A stretch of 63,749 nucleotides of DNA, filler included, from an uncultured bacterium (GTDB lineage: Bacteria > CAYJRR01), in NCBI GenBank assembly GCA_964372275.1. It is 3 parts of 3 records of this genome, joined end to end, with 100 filler letters (N's around TTAATTAATTAA, not from the genome) between each part and the next. Parts side by side here need not be neighbours in the genome. Positions count along the whole stretch, not along the records: positions 1 to 13,865 come from CAYJRR010000003.1; positions 13,966 to 31,700 come from CAYJRR010000004.1; 1 more part is not named here. One strand, given 5' to 3'. Positions within the stretch are counted from its first letter, which is position 1, and each line of letters starts with the position of its first letter. Made by a program: the position numbers and the translations under genes. Below are positions 8,981-19,248 of the stretch, piece after piece. The notes under the pieces are model-generated. The model did no database searches and was not told where the DNA came from. It saw nothing but the letters and a program-made list of their open reading frames with translations.

Positions 8981-9733
8981 ATGTCCCGCCCGCGCATCCT
9001 GGTCACCAACGACGACGGCATCCATTCGCCGGGCCTGACCACGCTCGCGGAGGCGCTGACCGAGGTCGGCGAGGTGACGATCGTCGCGCCGGACCGCGAG
9101 CGCAGCGCCGTCAGCCACGCTCTGACGCTCCACCGGCCGCTGCGCATCAACCAGATCCGCGAGAAGGTCTGGGCGGTCGAAGGGACGCCGACCGATTGCG
9201 TCTACCTCGCTACCCGGTCGCTCCTCAAGGACGCGCGGCCGGAGCTGGTGGCGAGCGGGATCAACATGGGATCGAACCTGGGCGACGACATCCACTACTC
9301 GGGAACGGTCTCCGCGGCGTTCGAAGGGACGGTGCTGGGGATCCCCTCGATGGCGATCTCCTGCGTCGGCCGGGGGCCGCACCGGTTCGAGACGGCGGCG
9401 GGCTTCGCGGTCCGACTGGCGCGGAGGGTTCTGGAGGAGAAACTCCCCGGCGACCTGCTGCTCAACGTCAACGTCCCGAACCTCCCGCCGGAACGGATCG
9501 CCGGAATCGCCATCACCCGGATGGGGAAGCGGCACTACGGCGACGCGGTGATCGAGAACGTCGATCCCCGCGGGCGGAAGTACTACTGGATCGGCGGGAC
9601 GGAGCTCGACGCGGAGGACATCGCGGGGAGCGATTGCAACGCGGTGCTCGAGGGGAAGATCTCGGTGACGCCGCTGCACCTCGACCTGACCCATCACGGG
9701 GCGATCGCCACCCTCAAGGGGTGGAGCCTTTGA
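8981..9733 (+). CDS. surE: 5'/3'-nucleotidase SurE
   Basis: ILVTNDDGI, GTPTDCV, SGINMGSNLG, YSGTV. Confidence 0.96.
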   Translation: MSRPRILVTNDDGIHSPGLTTLAEALTEVGEVTIVAPDRERSAVSHALTLHRPLRINQIREKVWAVEGTPTDCVYLATRSLLKDARPELVASGINMGSNLGDDIHYSGTVSAAFEGTVLGIPSMAISCVGRGPHRFETAAGFAVRLARRVLEEKLPGDLLLNVNVPNLPPERIAGIAITRMGKRHYGDAVIENVDPRGRKYYWIGGTELDAEDIAGSDCNAVLEGKISVTPLHLDLTHHGAIATLKGWSL

Positions 9734-10383
9734 ACGACTTCGCCCGCGCGCGTCGGCGAATGGTCGAGGAGCAGCTCGTCGCCCGCGGGGTCGCGGACAG
9801 CCGGGTGATCGCCGCGATGGAGAAGGTGCCGCGACACCGCTTCGTCGAGCCGGCGTTGGCCGAGAGGGCCTACGGCGACCGGGCGCTGCCGATCGGCGAG
9901 AAGCAGACGATCAGCCAGCCCTACGTCGTGGCGCGGTCGGTGGCGGCCTGCCGGCTCACCGGGACGGAACGGGTGCTGGAGGTCGGGGTCGGGAGCGGCT
10001 ACCAGGCGGCGGTGCTGGCGGAGTGCGCGCGGCGGGTGTACGGCATCGAGCGCATCCCGTCGCTGTCGCAGCGGGCGGCGCGCCTGCTCGAGGAGCTGGG
10101 CTACGGCAACGTGGTGGTCCGGACCGGGGACGGCACCTTCGGCTGGCGGGACCAGGCGCCGTTCGACGCGATCGTGGTCGCGGCGGCGGCGATGTCGGTG
10201 CCGGAACCGCTGGTGGAACAGCTGGTCGACGGCGGCCGACTCGTCCTTCCGCTCGAGGCGGCCGACGGCGAACAGGCGCTGACGGTGGTGACCAAGCGCG
10301 GCGGCGGAACGGTGGTGGAGCGACTCGAAGGGGTCGTCTTCGTGCCGCTGGTCGGGCGGCACGGCGGCCATCCGGTCGCGTGA
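9730..10383 (+). CDS. pcm: Protein-L-isoaspartate O-methyltransferase
   Basis: VPRHRFV, QTISQPY, LEVGVGSGYQAA, APFDAI; TTG start overlaps the surE stop. Confidence 0.95.
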   Translation: MNDFARARRRMVEEQLVARGVADSRVIAAMEKVPRHRFVEPALAERAYGDRALPIGEKQTISQPYVVARSVAACRLTGTERVLEVGVGSGYQAAVLAECARRVYGIERIPSLSQRAARLLEELGYGNVVVRTGDGTFGWRDQAPFDAIVVAAAAMSVPEPLVEQLVDGGRLVLPLEAADGEQALTVVTKRGGGTVVERLEGVVFVPLVGRHGGHPVA

Positions 10384-10409
10384 GGACGGGTTTCAGGAGG
10401 AACGATCGA

Positions 10410-10934
10410 ATGGGTGCGCTCGAGGCGATCAAGGATCGGATCCGGAACGTGCCGGACTTCCCGAAACCGGGGATCCAGTTCAAGGACATCACGCCGGTGC
10501 TCCAGGATCCGGCGACGTTCCGCGGGGTGATCGACGAGCTCGCGGGCCGGTACGAAGGACGGAAGCCGGACGCGGTGGTGGCGGTCGAATCGCGCGGCTT
10601 CCTCCTGGGGAGCGCGCTCGCCTATCGGCTCGGCGTCGGGCTGGCGCTGGTCCGCAAGCCGAAGAAGCTCCCCTGGAAGACGCACCGCGTGGAGTACGCG
10701 CTGGAATACGGCACCGACGCGCTGGAGGCGCACGTCGACGCCGTGCGGAAGGGACAGCGGGTGCTGGTGGTGGACGACCTGCTGGCGACGGGCGGGACGG
10801 CGGGGGCGACCTGCCGGTTGGTGGAGATGCTCGGCGGCACGGTCGCCGAGTGCGCGTTCGTGATCGAGCTCGGGTTCCTTGGGGGGCGGACGAAGCTCCT
10901 GCCCGTGCCGGTCCACGCCCTGATCCAATACTGA
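10410..10934 (+). CDS. apt: Adenine phosphoribosyltransferase
   Basis: PDFPKPGIQFKDIT, ESRGF, VDDLLATGGT. Confidence 0.96.
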   Translation: MGALEAIKDRIRNVPDFPKPGIQFKDITPVLQDPATFRGVIDELAGRYEGRKPDAVVAVESRGFLLGSALAYRLGVGLALVRKPKKLPWKTHRVEYALEYGTDALEAHVDAVRKGQRVLVVDDLLATGGTAGATCRLVEMLGGTVAECAFVIELGFLGGRTKLLPVPVHALIQY

Positions 10935-11638
10935 TGCCGGCCGACGCGTCGATCCCGGAGGCGGTGCGTCGGTACCGCGAGGAGCACCGGGCGACGCGGA
11001 TCGGACCGCGCTACCGCGGCTGGGCGCATTTCGGCTTCACCAGCGGGGCGTCGCTGCTCGCCATCGCGGCGCTCCTTTCCCGGGTCGACGATCCGACGGC
11101 GCGGGAGCTCTCCGCCGTGCCGTTGACCTTCCTGTTCGCCAACCTGGCCGAATACCGCGGGCACCGTGGTCCGATGCACCACCGGACCCGATTCCTGGGG
11201 CTGCTGCACGAGCGCCATACCCTGCAGCACCATCGCTTCTACACACACGACGCGATGGCGGCGGAGTCGTCGCGCGACTTCCAGATGACGCTCTTTCCAC
11301 CGGTGCTGCTGCTGTTCTTCCTCGGCGGCATCGCCGCGCCGTGCGGGCTGGCGGTCTTCCTCCTCGCCGGCGCGAACGCCGGTTGGCTGTTCACGGCGAC
11401 CGCGATGGCCTACTTCCTCACCTACGAGTGGCTGCACTGGAGCTACCACCAGCCGGCCGGCACCTGGATCGGCCGCCGCGCGCTGGTTCGGCGTCTCCGA
11501 GAGCACCACCGCGTCCACCACGACCCGGCCTGGATGCAGCGCGCCAACTTCAACATCACCTTCCCGATCTGCGATCGCCTGTTCGGAACGGTCGCACGTG
11601 GCGCAAACGGCCCGGGTGAGCTACAAGAAGGGGCGTAG
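10934..11638 (+). CDS. Sterol desaturase/fatty acid hydroxylase family membrane protein
   Basis: His boxes EYRGHRGPMHH, HTLQHH, YEWLHWSYH, HHRVHH, then NFNIT. Confidence 0.85.
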   Translation: MPADASIPEAVRRYREEHRATRIGPRYRGWAHFGFTSGASLLAIAALLSRVDDPTARELSAVPLTFLFANLAEYRGHRGPMHHRTRFLGLLHERHTLQHHRFYTHDAMAAESSRDFQMTLFPPVLLLFFLGGIAAPCGLAVFLLAGANAGWLFTATAMAYFLTYEWLHWSYHQPAGTWIGRRALVRRLREHHRVHHDPAWMQRANFNITFPICDRLFGTVARGANGPGELQEGA

Positions 11639-11645
11639 CTCGAAC

Positions 11646-11722
11646 GTGGCCGTAGCTCAGTTGGATAGAGCGACCGCCTCCTAAGCGGTAGGTCGTGGGT
11701 TCAATTCCCGCCGGTCACACCA
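11646..11722 (+). tRNA. tRNA-Arg(CCT)
   Basis: GTGGCCG/CGGTCAC acceptor stem, ACCGC-CTCCTAA-GCGGT anticodon arm, GTTCAATTC, CCA end. Confidence 0.96.
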
Positions 11723-11795
11723 GAGGGGCCGCCGCGAAAGTCGGTGGCGGGACGGACGCTGCGGAGGACGTCTGGATCGTTGGCGCGACGAGTTC

Positions 11796-12656
11796 ATGCA
11801 GCACCTGCGGGTCGAGAAGGGGCTCGCGCGTTCGACCCTCGAGGCCTACGCCCGGGACTTGAAGCTCTACGCCGAGTTCCTTTCGTCGGAACGGATCGTC
11901 CGGCCGGACCGGGTCGATCGGCGCCGGATCGGCGCCTACCTGCTCTGGCTCCAGAAGCGGCGGCTCGATGCGCGAACGATCCGCCGCAATCTGGTGGCGG
12001 TCCGCGGCTTCCACCGCTTCCTCCGTCAGGAGGGGAGATCGAAGCACGATCCGACCGAGCGGGTGGCGAGCCCGACGGTGTGGCGCCGCGTGCCGGAGAC
12101 GTTGTCCGAGGCCGAAGTGGAGCGCCTGCTCGACGCTCCCGATCCGCGGACGCCGCTGGGCCGGCGGGACCGGGCGATGCTGGAGCTGCTCTACGGCGCG
12201 GGCCTGCGCGTCTCGGAGCTGGTCGGGCTCGAGGAGGAGCAGCTCGACCTGGACGGCCTCCTGGTGCGGGCCTACGGGAAGGGATCCAAGGAGCGGATCG
12301 TCCCGATCGGGGAGGCGGCGCGCGAGTGCCTGGCGACGTACCTGCGTGACGACCGACCGCGGCTGCTGAAGGGACGGACGTCGCGGCGCCTCTTCGTGAA
12401 CGCGCGCGGGGGACCGCTGTCGCGGGTCGGGTTCTGGAAGATCCTCCGGAAACACGGGGCGAAGGCGCGCCTGAAGCGCGTCTACCCGCACGCGCTCCGT
12501 CACAGTTTCGCGACCCACCTGCTCGAGCGCGATGCCGACCTGCGCGCCGTCCAGGCGATGCTCGGCCACGCGGATATCGCGACCACGGAGGTCTACACCC
12601 ACGTGAACCGGAAAAGGTTGAAGCAGGTTCACGAGAAGTACCACCCCCGAAGATAA
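11796..12656 (+). CDS. xerD: Site-specific tyrosine recombinase XerD (true start may be the in-frame CTG at 11772 after GGAGGA)
   Basis: RDRAMLELLY..GLRVSEL, GKGSKERIVP, HALRHSFATH, LGHADIATTEVYTHV. Confidence 0.9.
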   Translation: MQHLRVEKGLARSTLEAYARDLKLYAEFLSSERIVRPDRVDRRRIGAYLLWLQKRRLDARTIRRNLVAVRGFHRFLRQEGRSKHDPTERVASPTVWRRVPETLSEAEVERLLDAPDPRTPLGRRDRAMLELLYGAGLRVSELVGLEEEQLDLDGLLVRAYGKGSKERIVPIGEAARECLATYLRDDRPRLLKGRTSRRLFVNARGGPLSRVGFWKILRKHGAKARLKRVYPHALRHSFATHLLERDADLRAVQAMLGHADIATTEVYTHVNRKRLKQVHEKYHPRR

Positions 12657-12665
12657 GGGCCGGAA

Positions 12666-12771
12666 GAAAATGGAAAATGGACAATGGAAAACCGGCCAAT
12701 GAGGGACACGGCGTCGGGCCATTGACCGGTTTCCGGCATCCGGCATCGACCGGTTTTCCATTCTCCATTTC
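12666..12771. repeat. Heptamer-repeat inverted-repeat element (family B), copy 1
   Basis: Left arm gaaaatggaaaatggacaatggaaaaccggccaatg; right arm accggttttccattctccatttc; same arms at 30562-30742. Confidence 0.85.
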
Positions 12772-12784
12772 GGTTCTCCCGTTC

Positions 12785-12813
12785 TTGCCAGGCGCCCCCG
12801 CCCTCGCCATCAT
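12785..12813 (+). promoter_or_regulatory. Putative sigma70 promoter of leaderless mnmA
   Basis: TTGCCA-N17-CATCAT-N6-GTG, no SD. Confidence 0.55.
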
Positions 12814-12819
12814 CCGCCC

Positions 12820-13865
12820 GTGCCGCGAAAGACCCATCCCCTCCGCGTCGTCGTCGCCATGAGCGGCGGCGTCGACTCGTCGGTCGCGGCGGCGCTCCTG
12901 GTCGAGCAGGGATACGACGTCGTCGGGATTTCGCTTCGCCTCGCCGATCCGAAGGTCTCGGGGACGGCGACCGGGGGCTGCTGCTCGATCGACGACTTCG
13001 CCGACGCGCGCGAGGTGGCGCGGAAACTCGGATTCCCGCACTACGTGCTGAACCTGACGTCCGAGTTCCGGAAGGCGGTGGTCGAGCCGTTCGCCGACGA
13101 GTACCTCGCGGGAAGGACGCCGCTCCCCTGCGCGCGGTGCAACGAGACGATCAAGTTCGACCTGCTCGTCGAGCGGGCGCGGGCCCTGGGCGCCTCGTTT
13201 CTGGCCACCGGGCACTACGCCCGACGCGTGGGGGAGGGCGAAGGGGCGCGCCTGCTGTGCGGCGCCGATCGCAGCAAGGATCAGAGCTACTTCCTCTTCG
13301 CGATCCCGCGCCGCAACCTCGACTTCCTGCTCTTCCCCATCGGGCACCTGACCAAGGCCGAGGTGCGCGCCGTCGCCCGCCGCAAGGGGCTCGGCGTCGA
13401 CGAGAAGCCGGAGAGCCAGGAGCTGTGTTTCGTTCCGACCGGCGATTACGGCGGCTGGATCGAGCGCTTCCGGCCCGGGAGTCACGCCGGTTCCGGCGAG
13501 ATCGTCGACGAACGGGGGACGGTGATGGGCCGTCACGGAGGGACGCATCGCTTCACCGTCGGTCAGCGACGGGGCTTGGGGCTCGCGCGCCCCTCGCCGC
13601 TCTACGTCCTGGCGGTCGACGCCGGCGAGAACCGGGTGGTGGTCGGCGGAGAAGCGGCGCTGTTCCGGGAGCGGCTGCGCGCGGCGCGCGTCAACTGGCT
13701 CTCCGATCGGCGGCTCGGCGGTCCGGTTGCGGTCAAGGTGCGGCACAAGAACGAGCCGAGCGCCGCCGTCCTCCATCCGGTCGAGGGGAAGGACGACGAG
13801 GTCGAGGTCCGGTTCCGCGAGCCGAAGCGCGCCCTTTCGCCGGGTCAGGCCGCCGTCTTCTACGA
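12820..13865 (+). CDS. mnmA: tRNA 2-thiouridylase MnmA (3' end cut by contig linker)
   Basis: [46 protein letters not shown]. Confidence 0.96.
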
Positions 13866-13965
13866 NNNNNNNNNNNNNNNNNNNNNNNNNNNNNNNNNNN
13901 NNNNNNNNNTTAATTAATTAANNNNNNNNNNNNNNNNNNNNNNNNNNNNNNNNNNNNNNNNNNNN
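13866..13965. other. Artificial contig-joining linker
   Basis: N44-TTAATTAATTAA-N44 (stops in all six frames); genes on both sides are truncated. Confidence 0.97.
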
Positions 13966-14265
13966 CGGAAGCACCGGCTCGCGGGTGTGGAGGCTGGTCA
14001 AGCGACCGGTGAAGAGGTCGCGTACGAAGCCGGCGTACTGCGCCGGCAGCGGACGGTCGAGGTGCAGCTCCTGGCGCAGCCGCTCCTTTGCCGCCGGAAG
14101 GGCCGTCTCTCCCAGCATGAAGTCGACCGGGTCCCCGGGGATCAGGTGCACCAACAGGAACGACGCGATCGAGACGGCGGCGAGGACCGGAACGGCGAGT
14201 CCGAGCCGGCGCAACACGAACCGCCGCGTCCCTCCGCCGGTCGGGACACGGGCCGGATGCGTCAC
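13966..14265 (-). CDS. Peptide/nickel ABC transporter permease (DppB/NikB-like), N-terminal fragment
   Basis: FVLRRLG..VHLIPGDPV..LHLDRPLPAQY; GTG start overlaps the SBP stop. Confidence 0.9.
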
Positions 14266-15708
14266 CGACCCTCCGTCCGCTTGTGGGCGCGGGTGAGGCC
14301 GACGAACGATACGTGCCACAGCGGCACCACCGGTAGATCGCGCGCGACGATCCGCTGCGCCTCGGCGTAGATCGCCACGCGGGCCGCCGGATCGAGCTCG
14401 GCGGCGCCGTTCGCGAGCCACCGGTCGAGCTCGGGGTTGCGATAGCCGCCGCGGTTGGACGAGGAGCCGTCGGGGGGAACGTTCTCCGATCCGAGCAGCC
14501 AACGCAGGAAGTCGGGATCGGCGATCGCCGCCGAGGTCAGGGTGTAGATCTCGAAGTTCCCCGTCTGCACGTCGTGGAAGAAGACCCCCCACTCGGCCGG
14601 ACGGATCGTGAGCCGGATCCCCACCCGCCGGAGGTCCTCGCGGATCACCTTGGCCACCGCAATCGCCAGATCGCCGGTGGAGGTCTTGTACTCGAGGGCG
14701 AGGCGCACGCCGTCCGGTCCCGGGACAAGACCCGCCTCGTCGAGCAGGCGCGCCGCCTCGGCCGGGTCGTACGGGGGGGGGCGCACGCCGTCCGCCGCCG
14801 GACCGGCGACCGCGAACGGATCGTCGGCGGCGAACGGAACTGCCGCGACGATCCCCTGTCCTTCCAGCTTGTGGCGCACCAACGCCTCGCGATCGATCGC
14901 GGCCGCGATGGCGCGCCGCACCCGCAGGTCCCGGAGCGACGGATGNNNNNNNNNNATTGCGGCCCGGCCGGCTCTCCACCACGACCGTCCCCTTGCGCGC
15001 GAGCACCGGCAGGAAGAACGGAGGCAGGTCGTTCTGCACCAGGTCGACCGCCCCGTGCGCGACCTCGAGCGCGCGCACCGTCGCGTCGGGGACGATGCGG
15101 AAGACGAGCGACCGGCTCGCCGGCGGGCCGCGCCAGTAGCGGTCGAACGCCTCGAGGCGCACCGACTCGTCGCGGCGGAAGCCGACGACGCGATACGGAC
15201 CGGCGCAGACCGGCCGGTCGACCGCCTCGCGGGGGAGGCCGCGCTTCACGACGCCGGGACCGACCAGGTCCTGCAGCAGCGGCGCGGAGGGGGTGCGCAG
15301 GTGGAAGCGGACGTCGCGCGCGCTCGGCGTTTCGATACGCTCGATCTCCCCGAAGCTGGCGGCGAAGACCGATCCGGTCGCCGGATCGAGGATCGAACGC
15401 ACGGTGGCGGCGACGTCCTCCGATTCGACCGGACTGCCGTCGTGGAAGACGAGGCCCTCGCGGAGCGTCACGCGCAACCGGGTCGGCGTCTCCCACGCCC
15501 AGTCGCCCGCGAGCTCCGGGACGAGCCGTCCGGCGGCATCGCGGGCGAACAGACCGGGGCAGGTCAGCTCGCCGATCTTGGAGGCAAGGGAGTCGGAGGC
15601 GAACCGCGGGTCGAGGGAGCGGGGGTTGGCGTCGACGGCGACCACGATCTCCCCGTCAGCCGTGCGATCCTGCACGGCGCACGCGGCGACCAAAATGGCT
15701 GTGAACAC
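14262..15708 (-). CDS. ABC transporter substrate-binding lipoprotein, family 5; apparent frameshift at the 10-N gap 14946-14955
   Basis: LVAAC lipobox, LVPELA, LREGLVFHDG, GPYRV, VRRAIAAAIDRE, YDPAEAARLLDEAG, NRGGYRNPELD. Confidence 0.9.
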
Positions 15709-15761
15709 CGTGAGGAAAGCGTACTCGCGCAGGGCCTCTCCGGGGGTATGATCGGACTCGG

Positions 15762-17306
15762 GTGTTCCCTCTCGTCGCAGACGCTATCCCGGGGTCGGCG
15801 GCCGGTCAATCGCGGCGGTTCGCCCGGGTCGCGCACCTGCTCTTCGCCGCTGCCGGTGCGCCGGCGCTTCCGGCGGAACTGTCCCAACTGGTCGCCGAGG
15901 CGGAGCGCCAGCGGATGTCGGTCGGCCTCGCGGTCGCCGACGTCGACAGCGGCGATCTGCTCTTCGAGCACAACGCCGACGAGCCGTTCAACCCGGCCTC
16001 GGTCACCAAGGTGGTGACGACCGTCGTCGCGTTGAAGGTGCTGGGCCCCTCCTACGGCTTCACGACCGACGTGCTCCGCGCCGGCAATCTCGAGGGCGGA
16101 GTCGTGTCGGGCGACCTCGTCGTCCGCGGCAAAGGGGATCCGTCGCTCACGCTGGAACGGGTCTGGCGGTTGGCCTCCCTCGTGCGCGTCGCCGGGGTGC
16201 GCGAGGTCCGCGGCGATCTGGTGATCGACGACGGCTACTTCGACGCCGAGCGGACCGGATCCGGCTACGACGAGTTCGACGCCGACCGCGCCTACGCGGC
16301 GCCGCTGGGGGCCGTCTCCGCGACGTGGAACTCGATCGCGATCGTCGTCCGGCCGGGCGGGACGCCGGGGCTGCCTGTCGACGTGGCGCTCGATCCGCCG
16401 ACCGGCTTCGTCCGCCTCGAGAACCGCGCGACCACCTCGCGCAAAGGACACCGCCGCCGACTCGCGCTCGCGACCGACCGCCGCACGTTCACGTTGAGCG
16501 GCACCTACCCGGTCGGGGCTCCGGAGAAGGTCTACTACCGTCCGATCGACGATCCGCCCGCGTACTTCGGCGCGCTGCTCCGCGAGAACCTGGCGAAGGA
16601 AGGGGTGACGATCCACGGGACGGTTCGCCAGGGGACGACGCCGGCCGGCGCGATCCCGCTCGTCACGCACGAGTCGGAGCCGCTCGGGACGATCGTCCGA
16701 GGCCTGAACAAGCTCTCCAACAACTTCACCGCCGAGCAGCTCCTGAAGGCGGTCGGCGCCGAGCGATACGGAACGCCGGGAACGCGGCAGAAGGGTCTCG
16801 ACGCCGTGGCGGAGTTCCTCGGCGGACTGGGGATCCCGGCCGGGAGCTATTCGCTCCGGAACGGCTCCGGCTTGGCGCGCGATCACCGCCTGTCACCGCG
16901 GCTCTTCCTCCGGGTGTTGCAGGCGGCCTACGACGACTTCTCGGTGCGCGGCGATTTCCTCGCCTCGCTCGGAATCGCGGGACGGGACGGAACGATGTCC
17001 CACCGGATGGTGGGCCTCGCCGGCGCGGGCAAGGTCCGCGGAAAAACCGGGACGGTCGACGGTTCGACCTGCCTCGCCGGCTACGCCCACGCCGCCAACG
17101 GGCGCACCCTCGCCTTCGCGGTCCTGATGAACCGGGTAGGCCTGAAGACGGTGCGCGCGCAGGAGATCCAGGACCGGATCGGATCGGCGCTCGCGGCGTG
17201 GAGCGCCGATCCCGCACCCGTCGCGCCGCACGTCCCCTCGCCCGCCGTCCGAGCCGCCGACCTCGGCCCTCTTCCCTCGCCGTCCCCGGAGGCCCCTCGC
17301 CCGTGA
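15762..17306 (+). CDS. dacB: D-Ala-D-Ala carboxypeptidase/endopeptidase (PBP4, peptidase S13)
   Basis: PASVTK (SxxK), KGDPSL, SNN, NGSGL, GKTGT. Confidence 0.93.
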   Translation: MFPLVADAIPGSAAGQSRRFARVAHLLFAAAGAPALPAELSQLVAEAERQRMSVGLAVADVDSGDLLFEHNADEPFNPASVTKVVTTVVALKVLGPSYGFTTDVLRAGNLEGGVVSGDLVVRGKGDPSLTLERVWRLASLVRVAGVREVRGDLVIDDGYFDAERTGSGYDEFDADRAYAAPLGAVSATWNSIAIVVRPGGTPGLPVDVALDPPTGFVRLENRATTSRKGHRRRLALATDRRTFTLSGTYPVGAPEKVYYRPIDDPPAYFGALLRENLAKEGVTIHGTVRQGTTPAGAIPLVTHESEPLGTIVRGLNKLSNNFTAEQLLKAVGAERYGTPGTRQKGLDAVAEFLGGLGIPAGSYSLRNGSGLARDHRLSPRLFLRVLQAAYDDFSVRGDFLASLGIAGRDGTMSHRMVGLAGAGKVRGKTGTVDGSTCLAGYAHAANGRTLAFAVLMNRVGLKTVRAQEIQDRIGSALAAWSADPAPVAPHVPSPAVRAADLGPLPSPSPEAPRP

Positions 17307-19195
17307 TCTCGCTTCCCGCCGCGGCCGTCGCGTCGATCCTCGCCTCCCCTCCGGCGGCGCTCGCCGCCACCACGATCGGCCCGGTGGCGGCCGTGGAGGA
17401 GTTCGCCGTGCCGGAGGCGCTCCGGCCGGCGGTCGACTTCTGGACCTCGATCTACGCCACCTACACCACGCGGCAGTCGGTGCTGCACGACAGCCGCTAC
17501 CTGCAGATCGTCTACGGCGTCCTCGACTACTCGGCGCTCTCGGGACGGACCGACGGGCAGATCTCGGAAGCGATCGACAACGGGGTGCAGAAGGAGCGGG
17601 AGCGGCTGGCCGCGGTGCTGCGACGCCTCGCCACCTACAAGGACGCGATCCCGGCGGCGACGCTCTCGGCCGAAGAGCGCCGGATCCTGGAGATGTTCGC
17701 GGCCGTCGACGAGCCGGACAAGTTCAACCAGGCGGCCGAACGGATCCGCGGGCAGCGCGGGCAGCGCGATCGCTTCCTCCTGGGGATCGCCAACGTCGCC
17801 CCCTACATCGAACGGATGGAGCAGATCTTCCGCGCGCGCGGCCTGCCCGCCGACCTGACGCGGCTGGTCTTCGTGGAGTCGATGTTCAACTTGGAGGCCT
17901 ACTCCAAGGTGGGGGCGTCCGGACCGTGGCAGTTCATGTCGGCGACCGGGCGCCGTTACATGACGATCAACCAGGAGATCGACGAGCGCCTCGATCCGAT
18001 CCTCTCCACCGAAGCCGCCGCGCGGATGCTGCACGAGAACTACACCTACCTCGGGAACTGGGGGCTCGCGGTCACCGCCTACAACCACGGCGTCGGAGGG
18101 ATGCGTCGAGCCGCGGCGGCGGTCGGTTCGGAGTCGATCGAGCGGATCGTGTGGGAACACGAAAGCCGCACCTTCGGCTTCGCCTCGCGGAACTTCTACG
18201 CCGAGTTCCTCGCCGCGCGCGACGTCTACAACCGCCGCCAGCACCATTTCGGGGCGGCGCTCGCCGACTACCCGCCGCGGTCGGCCGTCCCCTACGACGA
18301 GGTGGTCCTCCCCGACCACGTCGCGATCGAGACCCTCACCGCCTACTGTGGAGTCAGCGCCGCCGAGATCCGGGCGCTGAATCCGCAGCTCACCCGACAC
18401 GTGATCCATGGACGGAAGTACCTCCCCAAGATGGTGCCGCTCAAGATCCCGGCCGGGACCTCCGGTCGGTTCGTTCGTTCCTACGCCGCGATCCCGCGGA
18501 CGCTCCGCTTTCGATCGCAACGTCCGGACGAGTTCCACCTCGTGCGCCGCGGGGAGACGCTCCTCGGGATCGCCGCCCGGACCGGGATGAGCGTCGACCA
18601 GCTCGCCGACCTGAACGGGCTCTCGTCGCGAAGACGGATCCGCGCCGGCCAGAAGCTGCGCGTCCTGCCGCGCGGCAAGACGGCGGTCGCCGCGCTGAGC
18701 GGCATCCACCGTCCGGAGGTGAAGGTGCTCGGACTCGCGCAGCGGAAGGGCTCCGGGGAGTCCCCCGGGGCTCCCGACGGGCGCAACGATCCGCTCGAAG
18801 CCGACCGCCCGCCGATCCCGGAGATGCCGGCGGAGGAGGCGGCGCTGCTCGCCGCCGCCGAATCCCCGGCGGAGGCGGAGGGGCCGTCGCCGCTCGAATC
18901 GGTCCTGGGCTCGGTCGGAGTCGGCGCCGGCGCCGTCGCCGAACCGGTCGAGGTCCTCGCGCGACGCACCGCCGAGCGCGTCGAGCGGGCGACGACTCGA
19001 CCGCCCCGCATCGCGCGCGCCGGGATCCCGGCGAAAGGGGCCGAGCCGGCGAAGGCGGCGCCCACCACCAAGCCGGTGCCGGCCCGACGACAGGCGATTC
19101 CGGCGGTGATCCCGGCGGCCGAACGCGAAGGGATCCGCGACGGGCGGCGCCTCCCGGGGACGATCGGAGCGGCGCCGTGCTCGCGGGACCTCTGA
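17303..19195 (+). CDS. Lytic murein transglycosylase (MltD-like SLT + LysM) with low-complexity tail
   Basis: VESMFN catalytic Glu, GASGPWQFM, TAYNHG, LysM HLVRRGETLLGIA..IRAGQKL. Confidence 0.9.
   Translation: MISLPAAAVASILASPPAALAATTIGPVAAVEEFAVPEALRPAVDFWTSIYATYTTRQSVLHDSRYLQIVYGVLDYSALSGRTDGQISEAIDNGVQKERERLAAVLRRLATYKDAIPAATLSAEERRILEMFAAVDEPDKFNQAAERIRGQRGQRDRFLLGIANVAPYIERMEQIFRARGLPADLTRLVFVESMFNLEAYSKVGASGPWQFMSATGRRYMTINQEIDERLDPILSTEAAARMLHENYTYLGNWGLAVTAYNHGVGGMRRAAAAVGSESIERIVWEHESRTFGFASRNFYAEFLAARDVYNRRQHHFGAALADYPPRSAVPYDEVVLPDHVAIETLTAYCGVSAAEIRALNPQLTRHVIHGRKYLPKMVPLKIPAGTSGRFVRSYAAIPRTLRFRSQRPDEFHLVRRGETLLGIAARTGMSVDQLADLNGLSSRRRIRAGQKLRVLPRGKTAVAALSGIHRPEVKVLGLAQRKGSGESPGAPDGRNDPLEADRPPIPEMPAEEAALLAAAESPAEAEGPSPLESVLGSVGVGAGAVAEPVEVLARRTAERVERATTRPPRIARAGIPAKGAEPAKAAPTTKPVPARRQAIPAVIPAAEREGIRDGRRLPGTIGAAPCSRDL
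18747..18783 (-). repeat. REP-like repeat family A, degenerate copy in frame in the transglycosylase linker
   Basis: agggctccggggagtcccccggggctcccgacgggcg closely matches the 6767 copy. Confidence 0.6.
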
Positions 19196-19248
19196 CCGGA
19201 CTTCGGACTTGACGGGGCTCCGGCGCGCGTAATAGGTCGGTCGGTCCG

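Noticed and set aside
11646-12656. tRNA followed by a tyrosine recombinase, suggesting an integrated element
   Set aside because: The protein looks like housekeeping XerD, the flanks are core genes, and I saw no duplicated tRNA 3' end.
13866-13965. TTAATTAATTAA palindrome in N runs (also 31701-31800)
   Set aside because: Artificial six-frame-stop linker. It also means cross-segment links such as mnmA with the DsrE trio cannot be inferred from proximity.
14946-14955. Frameshift in the ABC substrate-binding gene
   Set aside because: Coincides with a 10-N scaffold gap, so it is not evidence of a pseudogene or programmed frameshift.
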